A DNA stretch of 64,000 nucleotides from Eledone cirrhosa (GCA_964016885.1 OZ024748.1:34472001-34536000); one strand, 5' to 3'; positions 1-13,760 are shown, counted from the stretch's first letter. Made by a program: numbers and translations. The notes: a model not told the origin generated them from the letters alone.

Positions 1-410
1 TCTTTTGTTTCTGTTGTGGTTGTGGTGATGGTGGTGGTGGGGGTGGCGGCTTTAACAGCTGCAGTCATTGGTAATGGCGGGAAATGAAGTCTGCCTGAGA
101 CAAATTTAAAATATTGCTACTGCTTACATTTCCAGTGTTGGCAAACGTAGCAATATTTACAATGGTGGTGTCGGTGTGAGGTGTTAGTCATCCATGATTT
201 TTCAAAGAAAAATTTTTGTTTGATAATTATAAAAAGTTTAAATTTTGGGCTCAAGGCCCCAATATTTTTGAGTGTCCTTTTCAGAAATCAATGTATGTGC
301 ACTTATATACAGTTAACAATAAAAGTTTTCCATAAATGGCAATTTTAAACAACTGAAAATAAGAAACCTTTGCGGAGCTCACGATGATACGATTTACTAC
401 GTAGGTCGCC
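1..410 (-). mobile_element. 5' end (5'UTR and decayed ORF1 start) of an L1/Tx1-type LINE that runs off the window start
   Basis: Starts right at the (AAT)n tract at 411. Carries an imperfect version (240-267) of the 5'UTR hairpin seen in the two longer LINE copies, followed by Thr/Pro-rich low-complexity sequence like their ORF1 N-termini. Confidence 0.45.
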
Positions 411-459
<49 letters not shown>

Positions 460-976
460 CTTTCTTTATTAACCACAAGGGTTTACATAAAGTAGACATT
501 AAGGACAGTACAGGACAATACAGGACGGTACAAATGGGCATTTCTGCGTGTAAAAAAAACAGAGGGTGTAATAAAAATAACAATGAAAAATTCCCCAATA
601 GGGGGGAGACTTCCGAGGGACATTTGTGGAGAAAGCCCATTAAAAGGCCACAGTGACCCTGACAACCAGGGTAAGTGCCTTCTCCCAGTTTTCCACCTTT
701 AATTTACAGACACATACTCAGAGTAGGCCCATTCACTCGGGCCATTCTTGCTTCTCTCACCCATCTTTCAACAAAATGCTGGGAAGAGAGCACTTCCCTC
801 TCTACCCTGATTTTCCTTTTCAAATGAAATTTGAAAAAGTTAATCAGGGCATCACCGAAGAAGTAAGTGCTCGTCTTCAGCCCTTTCAAACGTGTCCACC
901 ATACTATCTCTTTCGCCATGGCCACCAGACCAATAAAAACTGCCTGCCCTTGCCGGCTAAAGGAAGAGGGCGGGGC
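411..976 (-). mobile_element. 5'-truncated L1/Tx1-type LINE 3' fragment with (TAT)n tail
   Basis: Encodes the ORF2 C-terminus (FSRQGQAVFIGLVAMAKEIVWWTRLKGLK...VNGPTLSMCL). Near-identical to the reverse complement of 32870-33408. (AAT)n on both sides. Confidence 0.9.
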
Positions 977-1437
977 AATAATAATAATAATAATATATTT
1001 TTTTAAGCTGTAAATTATAATCAATGTGGTGTTTTAACTGGCTTACCAATGTATACAGTGAATTTATTTGCCCTATCTGTCAAGAAGACAGTCGGCATAT
1101 ATCAGAAACAATACTATAGGAAAAAGAAAAAAAGCAACAACAATAATAATAATAATGATGATAATAATAATAATGGTTTCTTTATTGGCCACAAGGACTG
1201 ACACGAAGAAAAACATTAGAGACGGCACAGAACAGTACAGGACGATACAAAGTGGGTTTTGGTCGTGTAAACAGGTTATAACAAAATCGGTCTAGAAATA
1301 CCAAAAAATTCAAACAACAAAAATTCCACAGGAAGGGGAAACCTCCGAGGGTCACTCATGGTGAAAACTACACAAAAGACCACGGCCACCCTGACCAACA
1401 GGGGAAGCGCCCTCTCTCACTTTTCCCACTCCTCAGT

Positions 1438-4400
1438 CTACAGGCGCATACTCAGAGCGGGCCCGTTCACTCGGACCAGACTCACCACTTTCACCCACCG
1501 TTCAATAAACTTACTAGAAGACAGCACTTGCCTCTCCACCCTGATTTTCCTCTTCAAGGGAAACTTGAAAAAGTTAATCAGGGATTGGCCGAAGAGGAAA
1601 GTGTCCGTCTTCAACCCTTTCAACCTTGTCCACCACACAATCTCTTTCGCTATGGCCACTAGGCAGATGTAATCTGTCTGCCCTTCCTCCTCTTTAAAGG
1701 AGGATGGCGGGGCTATCTGCACAAAGAACTCAGTCAATAACCGGATCCGTCCTACACTCGACAGCAGCTTTTCGACATAGCTCCACAAGTTCGGGCACTG
1801 AACGAGTGCATACAGGGCGGTTTCGTCGCCCTGCACGCATTTCGGACAGGCTCGGCTGACAGCACCTCCGTGCCTGTAGAGCTTATCCCGAACCGGCAAC
1901 GCTCCCCGGTAGCACTGCCAGGCCAGGGATTTCGGGAAGTTGTCCATAGGCCCCGGTCTGAAAGTTCTCTTGAAGAGAGCGAACAGCTGATCGTCTTCGA
2001 CGCCCAAGGTCTCCCCGAGAATGTGGTCGCTCTTTCCCTCTACCAGCCCTCTATAGAACGCCGAAGTGGATGTTCCACCGATACTAGTGCCCAGCCGGTA
2101 GATTGCGGCGAGCGCTTGGAGACATTCCAGCTTCCAAGCGCTATCCCTCGGTCTTTTCCTGATCCAAGACTGCAGCTCCGTCAAGGAAACGAGCTGGGGA
2201 AAAACGCGTCTGGCAAACGGCGACCACACCTGTCCACCGTCGAGGAAGCACCAGAGATGTCGCAACCTCAGCGCATGTTTGCGCATCATCAGCCACGTCA
2301 TCCCTAGTCCTCCACGCAACGGGTGTTGACAGCAAATGGATCGTCTGACCATGGAAGCACGTCCCTTCCGCAAAAAGCGGAAGAGAAGGCGCTCCATTTT
2401 GGTCAGAGTTGGGCGGGGGCTAGGTACGACGGTCAGGCGGTAGGAGATGACGGACGCTATGAACGCATTCGCCACCTCCGCCCGACCTTTCAGAGACAGC
2501 CTCCTCTCGGCCTATTTATGGGTAAGAGAGGCCACCCTGCTCGTCACCTCGCTCCAGTTTTTCTCCATCTGGAGGTCCGGACCGAAACAAACCCCGAGCA
2601 ATTTAACCGGTCCTTCCATCCAGCGCCCCACGCCGCTGTCGGACGGCATGGACTTGCCTCTCCAGGTGCCGAGTTGCAAGCCCACCGACATTTCCTGGTT
2701 TATCTTTGCTCCTGTCACCGCTTCGTATTCCTTGAGAGCGGTGCCGAGCATCTGGACGTGACGTCGTCGGCGTAAGCTGACACGGATATCCCGCATCCCA
2801 GTTCCCGTGGGACACCCTCATCGTCTCCAATTTGTGTAATAAAGGCTCTAGGGCCAGTACGTACAAGAGGGACGAGAGGGGCAACTCATGCGGAGTGAGC
2901 GCATGATTCTGAAAGGCTGCGACAGGTGACCATTCACCTTCACAATCGAGCAGATGTCACTGTGTATCGCAGCGATCCAGCCCCTAAAAACGGGCCCGAA
3001 GCCGGCCGCCTCGAGGACCGCAGCCAGGTACCGATGGTCGACTCTATCAAATGCTTTAGATTGATCCAAGTTGATCAGGGCCCCACCCATGCCAGGTTCA
3101 TTAACCACCCTCTCTATGATGTATCGCATGAGGTGGCGGTTGTCGTGGATGGATCTGTCCGGAATGGCGCATGTCTGCACCTCTCCCACCAGATCACCGA
3201 CGACAAGCGCCAATCTCTTTGCTAACGCCTTGGCCAAAATCTTGAACTCTGTGTTTAGTAGAGTTATGGGCCTGAAGTTATCTATAACGTCCCCTTGTTC
3301 GGGTCTTTTCTCAGAGCACCACCGCTCCCCAGCTCACAAAACTGGGAATGCTCCCGTTCTGCTGCCAGTTGCAGTAGACATCTGCCAAGAGGTCGCCGAA
3401 CAAGTCTGGCATATACACATAAAGCTCGTAGGGTAGACCATCCAAACCTGGCGATTTACCCCTCGTCAGTCAGACATCGTGCCCAGTATTTCACCGGCTG
3501 TTATTGGCTTTTCGCAGCACTGCGCTGCGGTCGTCGAGAGCCGCGGCAGTCCGTCGAGGTATGCACCGAAGTCCATACTCCGATCCGGCCCGCCGCCGCT
3601 CCCGAACAATTGAGCAAAGTGCTGTTAAAAAGCCGCACACATCAGCTCGGATTCGAGCAACATGCGCCCGTTTTGATCAGGCAAAGACCGAATTGTGGAC
3701 TCGTTGCCACGTCGCGCCTCCACCACCCGGGCCCATTGAACGGCTTTCGTCCCCTCGTGTCTTAGAGCAGGAGTTCTAGCTCTGACAACGCACCCTTCAT
3801 GCTTTGTGTTGAAGAATTGGTCGAGTGCCAATCTCACCGCAAGCATGTCGGTTGCGATGCCTGTCCTAAACGCCTCTTCTAGCTTTCTAATTAACTCTCC
3901 CTCTACTCTATTTTCCTCTATCACTACTCCTATGCTAAACCTTATCGATTCTACTCTAATAGCCCTTTTCAGGGTAAACCACCACCTGTTGTTGACGATC
4001 GCACCCATCAACGCACGCTTAACTAATTCGCTAATGCGGTCTCTGTAATCTTTGCGCGCCGGGAACGGTGCGTTTAGCTTCCAGTAGCCGGGCTCTTGTC
4101 TATGGAGTCTATCTAAGTCAACTTCACAAATCACAAATTTGTGGTCCGTGTAGTCGACTACTTTAAATTGTGGAGAACCTACACTAGCCTTATCTGTTTC
4201 CCTATAGAATACCCTATCTAAATACGATATGGATGACCCGATGCGGTTTGCCCATGTCCACATTGGCACATTCGGATAATCCAGTCTATACCTGTCAGAC
4301 AGTTCAAAACGTCTGAGCAGGTTGTTGAGGCTTTTACTCCCTCCTGCCCTGTCTACTAGCCCCACATAATCCAAGCGTGCATCTCAGATACCGTTCCAGT

Positions 4401-4821
4401 CGCCCACTAACACTAAAGACAGGGACGTTCCAAGAAAGGTCTCTAGACGTCTGAAGAAATCTGGCCGTCCTGCCCCTGTTGGGGCGTAGACGGCTACTAG
4501 CCTGAAAGCATTGCCTTCGCTGCCGGTCACGTCCAGCACCACCGACTTACCTTCTCGGTCCAGGAAGATGGCCCGTATGGCGAGATCCAAGCCTCTCCGA
4601 AAAAGCACGGCAACCCCTCCCCCCTATCCTGGACGGCTGAGAGATGCGTATACATCGTAGCCGCCGAAGATCGGTGAGAGGGCTCGTGTTTCGGAGATTC
4701 TGGTCTCGCTAATGGCCACCACATCTATGTTTAGTGACCTGAGGTCGTTGAGCAGGTAACCCTGCTTCCAAGATGACCCCAGGCCACGTACATTTATACT
4801 GCCTATTCTAAGTACGGCCAT
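1438..4821 (-). pseudogene. LINE ORF2 (AP endonuclease + reverse transcriptase), frameshifted and with stops
   Basis: APE motifs GSINVRGL, DVVAISET, LVAVYAP, LVGDWN, YLDRV, TDH. RT motifs PGLDGLP, LDQSKAFDRVDH, PLSSLLY, YADD (near 2764-2775). C-terminal CPKC..ETALYALVQC. Split across ORF-track pieces. Confidence 0.93.
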
Positions 4822-4924
4822 GTTGGATGAGAAACGGCGTAAGTGAGAAAGGATCACTTATCTTGATCGTGTGGTGAAGGGGCAGTAGTTTTTTTACTGT
4901 GATGTCTGTCTGCTGCTTTATGTG

Positions 4925-6745
4925 TTATAGAAGTTCTTTATTTGCCATGTTTATGACTGTGTACTTTTTTTTTGGGGGGGGGGGCGATTTTGTTGCTGTT
5001 TTCTTGTTGTTGCTGTTGGGTGTGTGTGTTTTGTTGTGTTTGCGATGTTGGTGTTTTTGGTGATGGTGGTGGTGGTGTGGTTGTTGTTGGTGGTGATGCT
5101 TGAGGTGGTGATGGTGATGGTGGTGTGGTTGTTGTTGGTGGTGATGCTTGAGGTGGTGATGGTGGTGGTGGTCTGGTTGTTGTTGGTGGTGATGCTTGAG
5201 GTGGTGATGGTGGTGGTGTTTCTGCATGTCTTCTTGCAGCCTTTATCCCTCTTTGTCTTCCTTCGCTTTTGGAGGGTGGAGCTAACGGTTTTTTTTCTTT
5301 TTTGTTTTATTGTGGCAGACCGTTTGCCACTTCCCTCCCGCCGCACACTCCATCTCGGACCCCGCGGCTTCCGGGAAGGGCAATGAGCTCCACTGCTGTT
5401 GGTGGTGGTAGTGGGGCCGCTCCGGCGATTTTAACGCTGGCGTAGCTACTGCGACTGTTGGTGTTGCCGCCATTGCTGCCGCTGCTTTACTTGTCCGTGG
5501 CTTGGTATGGGTGCCACGGACGTTGCCATCCTACTCACGATGGAAGGGTCTTCTGCCTCTGTTGCCTGCCCTGCTCTTGGTAGCAGCGGATCAGGCGTCG
5601 GAAGAAGGCGGGGCCCTCTTCTTGGATGTCTTCTGCGGGCAGAAGGCCCTGAGGTGACCCTTCTGCCCACAGAGATAGCATTTTGGGCGCCTTCCTTCCA
5701 CGCTTATTGGGAGATGGAGCCCTTCTTCGAGGTCTATGATGTCTGGGATGGTTTCGATGCACTCCTGGTCAGTCTGTATTAGCATTTGCATGTCTATCCC
5801 TGACCAGTTCTCTCTTCCCATTCTCTGTATTTGCAGTATGGTGATCTTCTCCTTGATTCCAGCTAGTACAGACGCGGCCAGCCAAGGTATGGGCACGTTA
5901 GGCGGGACCTGGGTCACTTTGACCCTCACAATTTTCTGTCCACAGTAGGAAGGCACGAAGACTATCTCCTCACTCTTTAGGGTTTCTAAAGAGTGAGACT
6001 TCGCCTTTTGGTGGGTGGCGAAAAGTACGTCTACTGTGCCGTACTCGGGTGATGTGGGTTTTGCGCGCCCAGACACACCCCAAGGCATTTTGGATTTGAG
6101 CCTCCGTGGCTCTCTCCACCCGATGTGACATTTTGCTTACGGTGCGGTACGTCACCGTGCGCAGTTGCTGGTCTTTGAAGAAATCGGGTGGAGGTTTCAG
6201 GGAAACTCTGTTGTCGTTTCTCGACACCATGGCTCTTGCGACTGCCATTTCCTCCTCTGTGACTAGCACTGTTTCTATATTTCGGGCCACACCTGCGAAA
6301 GAATGGCTCCTTTTTCAACGGCACCATTATTGCTGCTGCTACTGGTCTTGTTGTTGGTGCTGTTGCTACTGATACGAACGGTGTTGTTGGTGTTGTTGTT
6401 GTTATGACTGTTGTAGTTGGTTGTGTTTTTGGTGTCACCGTTGTTGTTGTTTTCGGTGCAATTTGTATTGTTGCTGTTGGTGTTGTCGTTGTTTATTTTC
6501 TTGTTAGTGGTGTTAATATCGTTGTTGCATTTGTTGTCATTTTTTTCTGTTGTCTGTATTTTGGTTGACGCTGTTATTGTTGTAGTAGTTGTGGTAATTT
6601 TTTTCGAAATTAGTGTTCTCAGTGTTGTCTTTGTTCACGTTTTTTGTGGTGGTGTCTGTTGTAACAATGTTTGAAACCCTCCTCTCAATTTTTACGCAGT
6701 TGTCAGACGACAGCAGACATATTGCTGGGGGCGTGGCTCAGTCAT
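4925..6745 (-). pseudogene. LINE ORF1 (gag-like, CCHC zinc knuckle), frameshifted, with low-complexity tail
   Basis: CYLCGQKGHLRAFC (CX2CX4HX4C) in ORF 5591-6088. Homologous to 29197-30115 (TVDVLFAT, VPSYCGQKIVRVK). Boundaries approximate. Confidence 0.8.
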
Positions 6746-6941
6746 GTTTTTTTTTTGTTTTTAAAACAATTTTTTTTTAAAGTAAAATGTTCAAATATTT
6801 GGGCCAAAAGGCCCAAATATTATACTTTCCCCTTCATAGGGCAAAGTCTAAGGGCTTATATCCCTTACACAACAAGAAATAATTTTAACAGGCAAATAAA
6901 GCAACTTACTGGGAACGAGCAAAAAGCGTCCTAACAGACCG

Positions 6942-7328
6942 ATAATAATAATAATAATGATGCTTTCTTTATTAACCACAAGGGTTGATACAAAGTAAGA
7001 CATTAAGGACAATACAGGACAATACAGGATGGTACAAATGGGCATTTCTGCATGTAAAAAAAACAAAAACAGAGGATGTAACAAGAAAAGAAACAATGAA
7101 AATTTTCTCCAATAGGGGGAGACTTCCGAGGGACATTCGTGGAGAAAGCCCATTAAAAAAGCCACGGTGACCCTGACCACCAGGGCAAGTGCCCTCTTCC
7201 AGTTTTCCACTTTCAATTTACAGGCGTATACTCAGAATCGGCCCATTCACTCGGGCCATTCTTGTCTCTCTCACCCATCTTTCAACAAAATGCTGGCAAG
7301 AGAGCACTTCCCTCTCTACCCTGATTTT
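6942..7328 (-). mobile_element. LINE 3' end fragment (same subfamily as 411-976) with (TAT)n tail
   Basis: Aligns by eye with 455-815 (ttattaaccacaagggtt...ttccctctctaccctgatttt). Confidence 0.88.
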
Positions 7329-7369
7329 CTTTATCATTATCATTATCATCGTTAATAATAATTCTTAAT

Positions 7370-7955
7370 TAGCCTCATAGGGCTGAAATCAAGAAAGCAT
7401 TAAAGATGACACAGAGCAACACAGGGCGGCAGAGGGCGGCAGAGGGCCGCACAATGTGGATGAGGGCGGCAGAGGGTGGCACAAGGCGGCTGAGAGCGGC
7501 AGAGGGCGACAGAGAGCAGCACAATGTGGCTGAGGGCGGCAGAGGGTGACACAAGGCGGCTGGGGCGGCAGAGGGCGGCAGAGGGCGGTGCAATGTGATA
7601 CAGGGCGGTGCGGGGCTATACAAAGTGGAAACAAGAAAACAAAAAAAAATGTTCAAAGAATGAAACAAAAGAGATCTCTCTAATAGAAGTGGTATACTTC
7701 CGAGGGACATGTAGAGCGCCAGGAGTCATAGAGAGTGCCAAGAGGGAATTTCCACCGATCGCACTGTGCGATTGACAAAGAGCTGTGAGGGCTTGAAGAC
7801 ATCCCAGTTTCCAAGCGCTCCATCTCGGTCTTCCCTTGACCGATGACTGCAGTTCTGTCAGTTCTGTCAAAGAAAAGCTGGAGATATTGTAGCCTTAGCC
7901 CACGTTTGTGAATCATTAGTGATGGCATGACCAGTCATCCACGCAGCATGTATTG
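7370..7955 (-). mobile_element. Diverged, internally deleted LINE ORF2/3'UTR fragment with a GGGCGGCAGA-type minisatellite (7423-7610)
   Basis: Minus-strand LTELQSSVKGRPRWSAWKLGCLQALTAL matches LINE ORF2 at about 2100-2200 and 32380-32460. Confidence 0.75.
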
Positions 7956-7962
7956 AGAGCAA

Positions 7963-7993
<31 letters not shown>

Positions 7994-8691
7994 CAATATC
8001 AGATAAAGCTTTTTAGCGATACTCCGGCCAAATTCCAACTCACTCAACAAACATTAGGAAATAAGTGATTATATTCCCAATTATGCGTTCGGGGTGCTAA
8101 CTAAAAGTATTGCGTGGAAAATTGGCTGTATTATTTCATATGAGACATATCGAATATATCTCTTCCCAGACGGACGTCTCGTTTCATTATAGGATTCCTA
8201 CAATTCGGGTGAAATTATACCAATTTATGTAGGAGCTTGTATACCATCAATAGATATATATTCAAGTGGGCTCCTATAATTCATCAGTGGGTGCCCCAAT
8301 AATACTAATATTGATAATCTAACCAACATCAGTATTTAGCGATAATCATCATCTGTACCTGAGGTATCTGTCAGGTTGCCAGTCCAGCAGTTCTAAAGAA
8401 ATGCTCAAACTGATTCAAAAATGAGGAAGTAAATTACCGCCAAAAAAACAATACATGCGCATGACAATGAACTCTAAAAGGAATTGAGGCCACGTGCTAA
8501 GAACTCAATTGGAAATTGAAAAAATATCTATGTGTGTACAACATTTGATGACACACACAGATATTTTCTCGGGCAAAATAACAGAATGAGATATAAGGAA
8601 CAATCAATATTCATATATAAAAAATAAACAAAGAAATCCTAAACTTATACCGGGAAAATTTCAAATCTGCTGCACCAAGAGTAAATAAATA

Positions 8692-8732
<41 letters not shown>

Positions 8733-8734
<2 letters not shown>

Positions 8735-8855
8735 GAAGGCGTGTGGCGGAGTGGTTAGGGTATTGGATTCGCAATCGTAGGGTTGTGAGTTCGATTCCTG
8801 GACCAGGCGATGCGTTATGTCCTTGAGCAAGACACTTTATTTCACGTTGCTCCTT
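8733..8855 (+). mobile_element. tRNA-derived SINE with CORE-like central domain (octopus OR-type, tentative)
   Basis: A box TGGCGGAGTGG, B box GAGTTCGATTCC, then TGTCCTTGAGCAAGACACTT resembling the CORE domain. Directly follows a (TA)n tract. Confidence 0.7.
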
Positions 8856-8965
8856 CTACCTGGAGTTGCGACCGATAGATAGTATTAGCAATTGGAAATA
8901 CCAACGGAAACATTGTTCCCTCGGTCCGATTTGACGAAAGTCGATCGAAAAGAGATATATATATA

Positions 8966-10200
8966 TTATTGAGTAAAATGACAGGAGGCTGGACTCTATC
9001 ATTAACATCACTGATATGAATAACTAATAATTATTTGCGTTACGTTGGATCACCGACTGGCTGTCGCAGCTTCCTACTTGCACTCGTAACGCCTGGTTCT
9101 GTCCACCTTCCTAAAATAGTCGGAAATAGGCTGGGAAGTCGACATTTCGCTGGTTATTGAACTTCAAACCCCACTTCTTTATATAGACTATTCAAGACTA
9201 TTTCACACCCCCTAGGAATATAATATGGCACAACGCAAAGAACCCAAAGCTAGATAGTGATCTAATCTAGTTTAATTTAGTTTTATTTTGTTTATCACTT
9301 TTCAGCTTTACACTACTCTATCACGAAGGTTATTAACAAAACTAGTATTTGTAATTAATAATTATCTGGCATACGTTACCTCACCAGCCAACTATACTGA
9401 CTCTTCTGGTCACGTGGGGCATGAGCCTGAAGACGTTTCCTGGAGTGCTTGGAAATAATAGAAATTTCTCTATTCTCGATATGAGATTTTATTCGGCAGG
9501 GTTGGTGGGTTTATGAACCTGCAATGACTGTGAATCCATTATCTCAGTAGCTAACGAAAGACAAGCCACACTCGTTTCTCCACATCACAAATACACAGCG
9601 ATGGAACTACAACTTTATTATGACTATTAAAGATATATTTAATTTTTATATAAATGTATCCTTCTCCTAATTCTTTAAATTTTTATTTATAATTTTTAGT
9701 TTTTACATGTTTAATCTTTAATCTAAACATTAATTTTAACCTTAAAACTTTTTAAGTTTTGAATTCTCATCTTCACCCCCGTCCATTATATTTTTATAGA
9801 ATTTTAGGCTTGACCCCAATAGAACATATTTCTCTGTAACCTGATCTTCTTTACCCTTTCCAACACTAGCATGTGTCTAAATACTAGCGAATATACAGGG
9901 TAGTAGTAATAAACATACTAAGCATACAACCTCCTGACCAAACCGGTCTGCCAAACTTGTCAATAACTGGCCCTCTTGATCGCCTTCGAGACAAAAACAT
10001 TTTTTTTCTGCTTTCTCTCCATCTAGCCTCTCGGATTATGTTAACCATTGTTCCTTTATTATATAACTATTATGCAATAAACACCTAATGATGCTACCCG
10101 GATCTTACGTAACCTGGCCACTGAAATGTACATGATCTTTGCTGAAATAAATCTTTGAAGGAATTTCACCAGTCCAGCTTCCCGTCATTTTACTCAATAA
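8966..10200 (+). mobile_element. Non-coding Penelope-derived element with a 30-bp terminal inverted repeat and a degenerate hammerhead (family of 50059-51735)
   Basis: 8966-8995 versus 10171-10200 inverted, 28/30. 10081-10200 is homologous to 51629-51735. Core reads CTAATGA...GAAA-TGTACA-TG (mutated). Confidence 0.65.
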
Positions 10201-10974
10201 TAATTAACTCCGTTCTCGCACCACCAACAAGATTAAACATCAAAGATGGATGAGTTGCATAACGTCGAGTGCGTTTCCTAATATTACATCATGGTTAACT
10301 ATAAGGAATGACCAGTTCTACCCAGTGGTGAACCATATATAAAGTATATATATATAGGGAGAAAGAGTAAGTTAAAAGATGATACATACAGACATAAAAA
10401 CAGTGATATGCAAATGAATTAGAACGTACAGTTGGGAATATAGTCTAAGAAGTGAAAGGAAAAATAAAACAAGAACAAACAACGAACAGAGAATTTAACG
10501 GCAAAATTGCTAGAAAAAATATTGTCGCAAAAAAGAAAGTTATCATAGATATGCTCAATATCGTTATCTTTAAATGAATATACTTCCGCCATTTTGGGTT
10601 TTCTTTTAGCTTAATATTGAACTGTCGTGTGGTTTTCTAGAAGACAAGTCAAGACAAGAAATATTAAAACCAGAATTGAATCTGTTACAGATGGTTATAT
10701 ATGTATGAGTATATGAAACATTTGTGTATATGGACCTATATATATATATATATACACACACACGATAAGCATGAATAATGTAAAGCTACATGGCAAAATA
10801 TGATTATGCATGTGCGCAGATGTGTATGTGTTTCTGTATATATTTATATAGACTGTGAAAATACTGAGTTAATAATGATATTGAGATGCTGTTATCTGCA
10901 AACTTGTTTAACCTTGCCTAGAAATGATTGCATATTTCACAGTTCTGAAAAAGATTTAAACGTCATCACCGTTT

Positions 10975-11668
<694 letters not shown>

Positions 11669-11760
11669 AACGAAGGAGATGTGGTAAGGAACCAGATGGA
11701 CCATAACGCGTCCAGAAATAGCCGTCGAAACGGCTTGAGCTCTGCCGTCGGGGTCATACA
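11669..11760 (+). mobile_element. Short (TA)n-embedded dispersed repeat (family also at 14455-14548 inverted and 46049-46254)
   Basis: AACGAAGGAGATGTGGTAAGGAACCAG...GCCGTCGAAACGGCTTGAGCTC is shared with 46049-46254. Confidence 0.75.
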
Positions 11761-11784
11761 TTTACCTATATATGTGTAAATATT

Positions 11785-11845
<61 letters not shown>

Positions 11846-11954
11846 ATATAGATATATATATATATGTATATATATATATATGTATATATACGTATATGTG
11901 CATATATATGTATATATGTGAATATATATATATGTATATATGTGTATATATGTG

Positions 11955-12553
11955 TCAGGTCACCACTTGGTGCTACTGGTAACATGTATCCCAGTACAAC
12001 CTGTCTCATGGTCGGGTCGTTGGCGACTAAACTGGCAACCCCACCAAGGTTTCTTGGTGAGGAGGGTGACTTTGGACATCCTGCAGGACTAAACCTGTCA
12101 AAGGGCAAAGGAGCTCTTAAGAGTCAATGGCCATCCAAAATCACTGGGAGAGATGACCCCTTAGCCTTTGTCAAGGCAGAATTCTAGGAGAAGGAAAACT
12201 CTGATATAACACCTGCAACCCTGATGGTATCCAATGATGTTGACTTGTTCTTCTTTTTGGTAAATATCATCTTGGTTAAGAGAGTGGGACTGGCTTTGTG
12301 CAGTGCCTTTGCTCACTATAAAAGCTTCACGGCACAGGCATTGCTTTATATCTGGAGATCTCTCTGCACTTGCCATCACATGATACCATGGGCCCAGCAC
12401 TATGTGTCAATAATTGTCACAAGTGTAGTGTTTGTACCAGAGTTTTCAAGTCGCTGGCTGGACTAAAAAGTCACACTCGTTCAGCGCATCGGTAGGGGTT
12501 CTCCTACATGGATATAAAGTAGTGGCCGTACTCGAAAACGAGTTGGCAGCCAC
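11955..12553 (+). mobile_element. Probable RTE-clade LINE 5'UTR-derived fragment inserted in (TA)n
   Basis: GCGACTAAACTGGCAACC and CTAGGAGAAGGAAAACTCTGA motifs resemble RTE 5'UTRs (recalled, not searched). No ORF. Confidence 0.4.
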
Positions 12554-12614
12554 CATATATATGTATATATGTGTATATATATGTGTATATATATGTGTAT
12601 ATATATGTATATAA

Positions 12615-12660
<46 letters not shown>

Positions 12661-12695
12661 GTATATATATGTATATATATGTATATATGTATCTC

Positions 12696-12729
<34 letters not shown>

Positions 12730-12737
12730 TATATGTA

Positions 12738-12798
<61 letters not shown>

Positions 12799-12801
12799 CT
12801 C

Positions 12802-12835
<34 letters not shown>

Positions 12836-12841
12836 TGTGTA

Positions 12842-12928
<87 letters not shown>

Positions 12929-13000
12929 ATATGTATATATGTATATATATATATATGCATACATATACATATATATATATACATATCTACATATATAGCT
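12554..13000. repeat. (TA)n compound microsatellite
   Basis: Direct inspection. Confidence 0.97.
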
Positions 13001-13117
13001 GTGTATGCACCTCTGTACATGCGAAGAAGATGAAATATTGGAGACACTTATCTGACTGACTATAAAAATCAGAGAAGAATCCTGAAAAATAATATAACTA
13101 CATAACTATTCAGAGAA

Positions 13118-13154
<37 letters not shown>

Positions 13155-13267
13155 GCAAACGTATACACATACACACACATACATATATATAGCAAACGTA
13201 TACACACACATATATATATAGCAAATGTATACACATACACACACAAATATATATATAGCAAACGTAT

Positions 13268-13303
<36 letters not shown>

Positions 13304-13468
13304 CAAAAGTAAACACATACCACATTCACGCATACAACACAGACGCACACGTTCTCACAGCCCGTACATAAACACACTTATTAAAACAAATAGCCTTTTT
13401 CTTTATATACACGCTTGTTTATTGATATCTAGTGCATTGATATACACATGGAAAGATATATATATACA

Positions 13469-13509
13469 TATGGCAATCAGCAGACATCACGACCATTGCC
13501 GCACACACG

Positions 13510-13589
<80 letters not shown>

Positions 13590-13622
13590 GCAATGGTCGT
13601 GATGTCTGCTGATTGCCATATG

Positions 13623-13668
<46 letters not shown>

Positions 13669-13699
13669 TATGGCAATCACCAATCATAATGACCATTGC

Positions 13700-13760
<61 letters not shown>

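Larger units (their letters stand above)
1140..6940 (-). mobile_element. Near full-length, decayed L1/Tx1-clade non-LTR retrotransposon
   Basis: 5'UTR, ORF1 with CCHC knuckle, ORF2 with APE, RT and C-terminal Cys motif, 3'UTR and (TAT)n tail at about 1140-1172. Confidence 0.93.

Noticed and set aside
4925-5227. Poly-His protein
   Set aside because: Low-complexity CAC/CAA repeats in the LINE ORF1 tail or inter-ORF region, not an independent gene.
8250-8292. Minus-strand hammerhead at 8281
   Set aside because: GAAT instead of GAAA, and no convincing stems I or II.
8738-8815. tRNA gene
   Set aside because: Has A and B boxes but no good acceptor stem, and continues into a CORE-like SINE body.
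9423-9470. Hammerhead at CTGAAGA 9427
   Set aside because: GAAA follows, but stem I has no partner and stem II is poorly closed.
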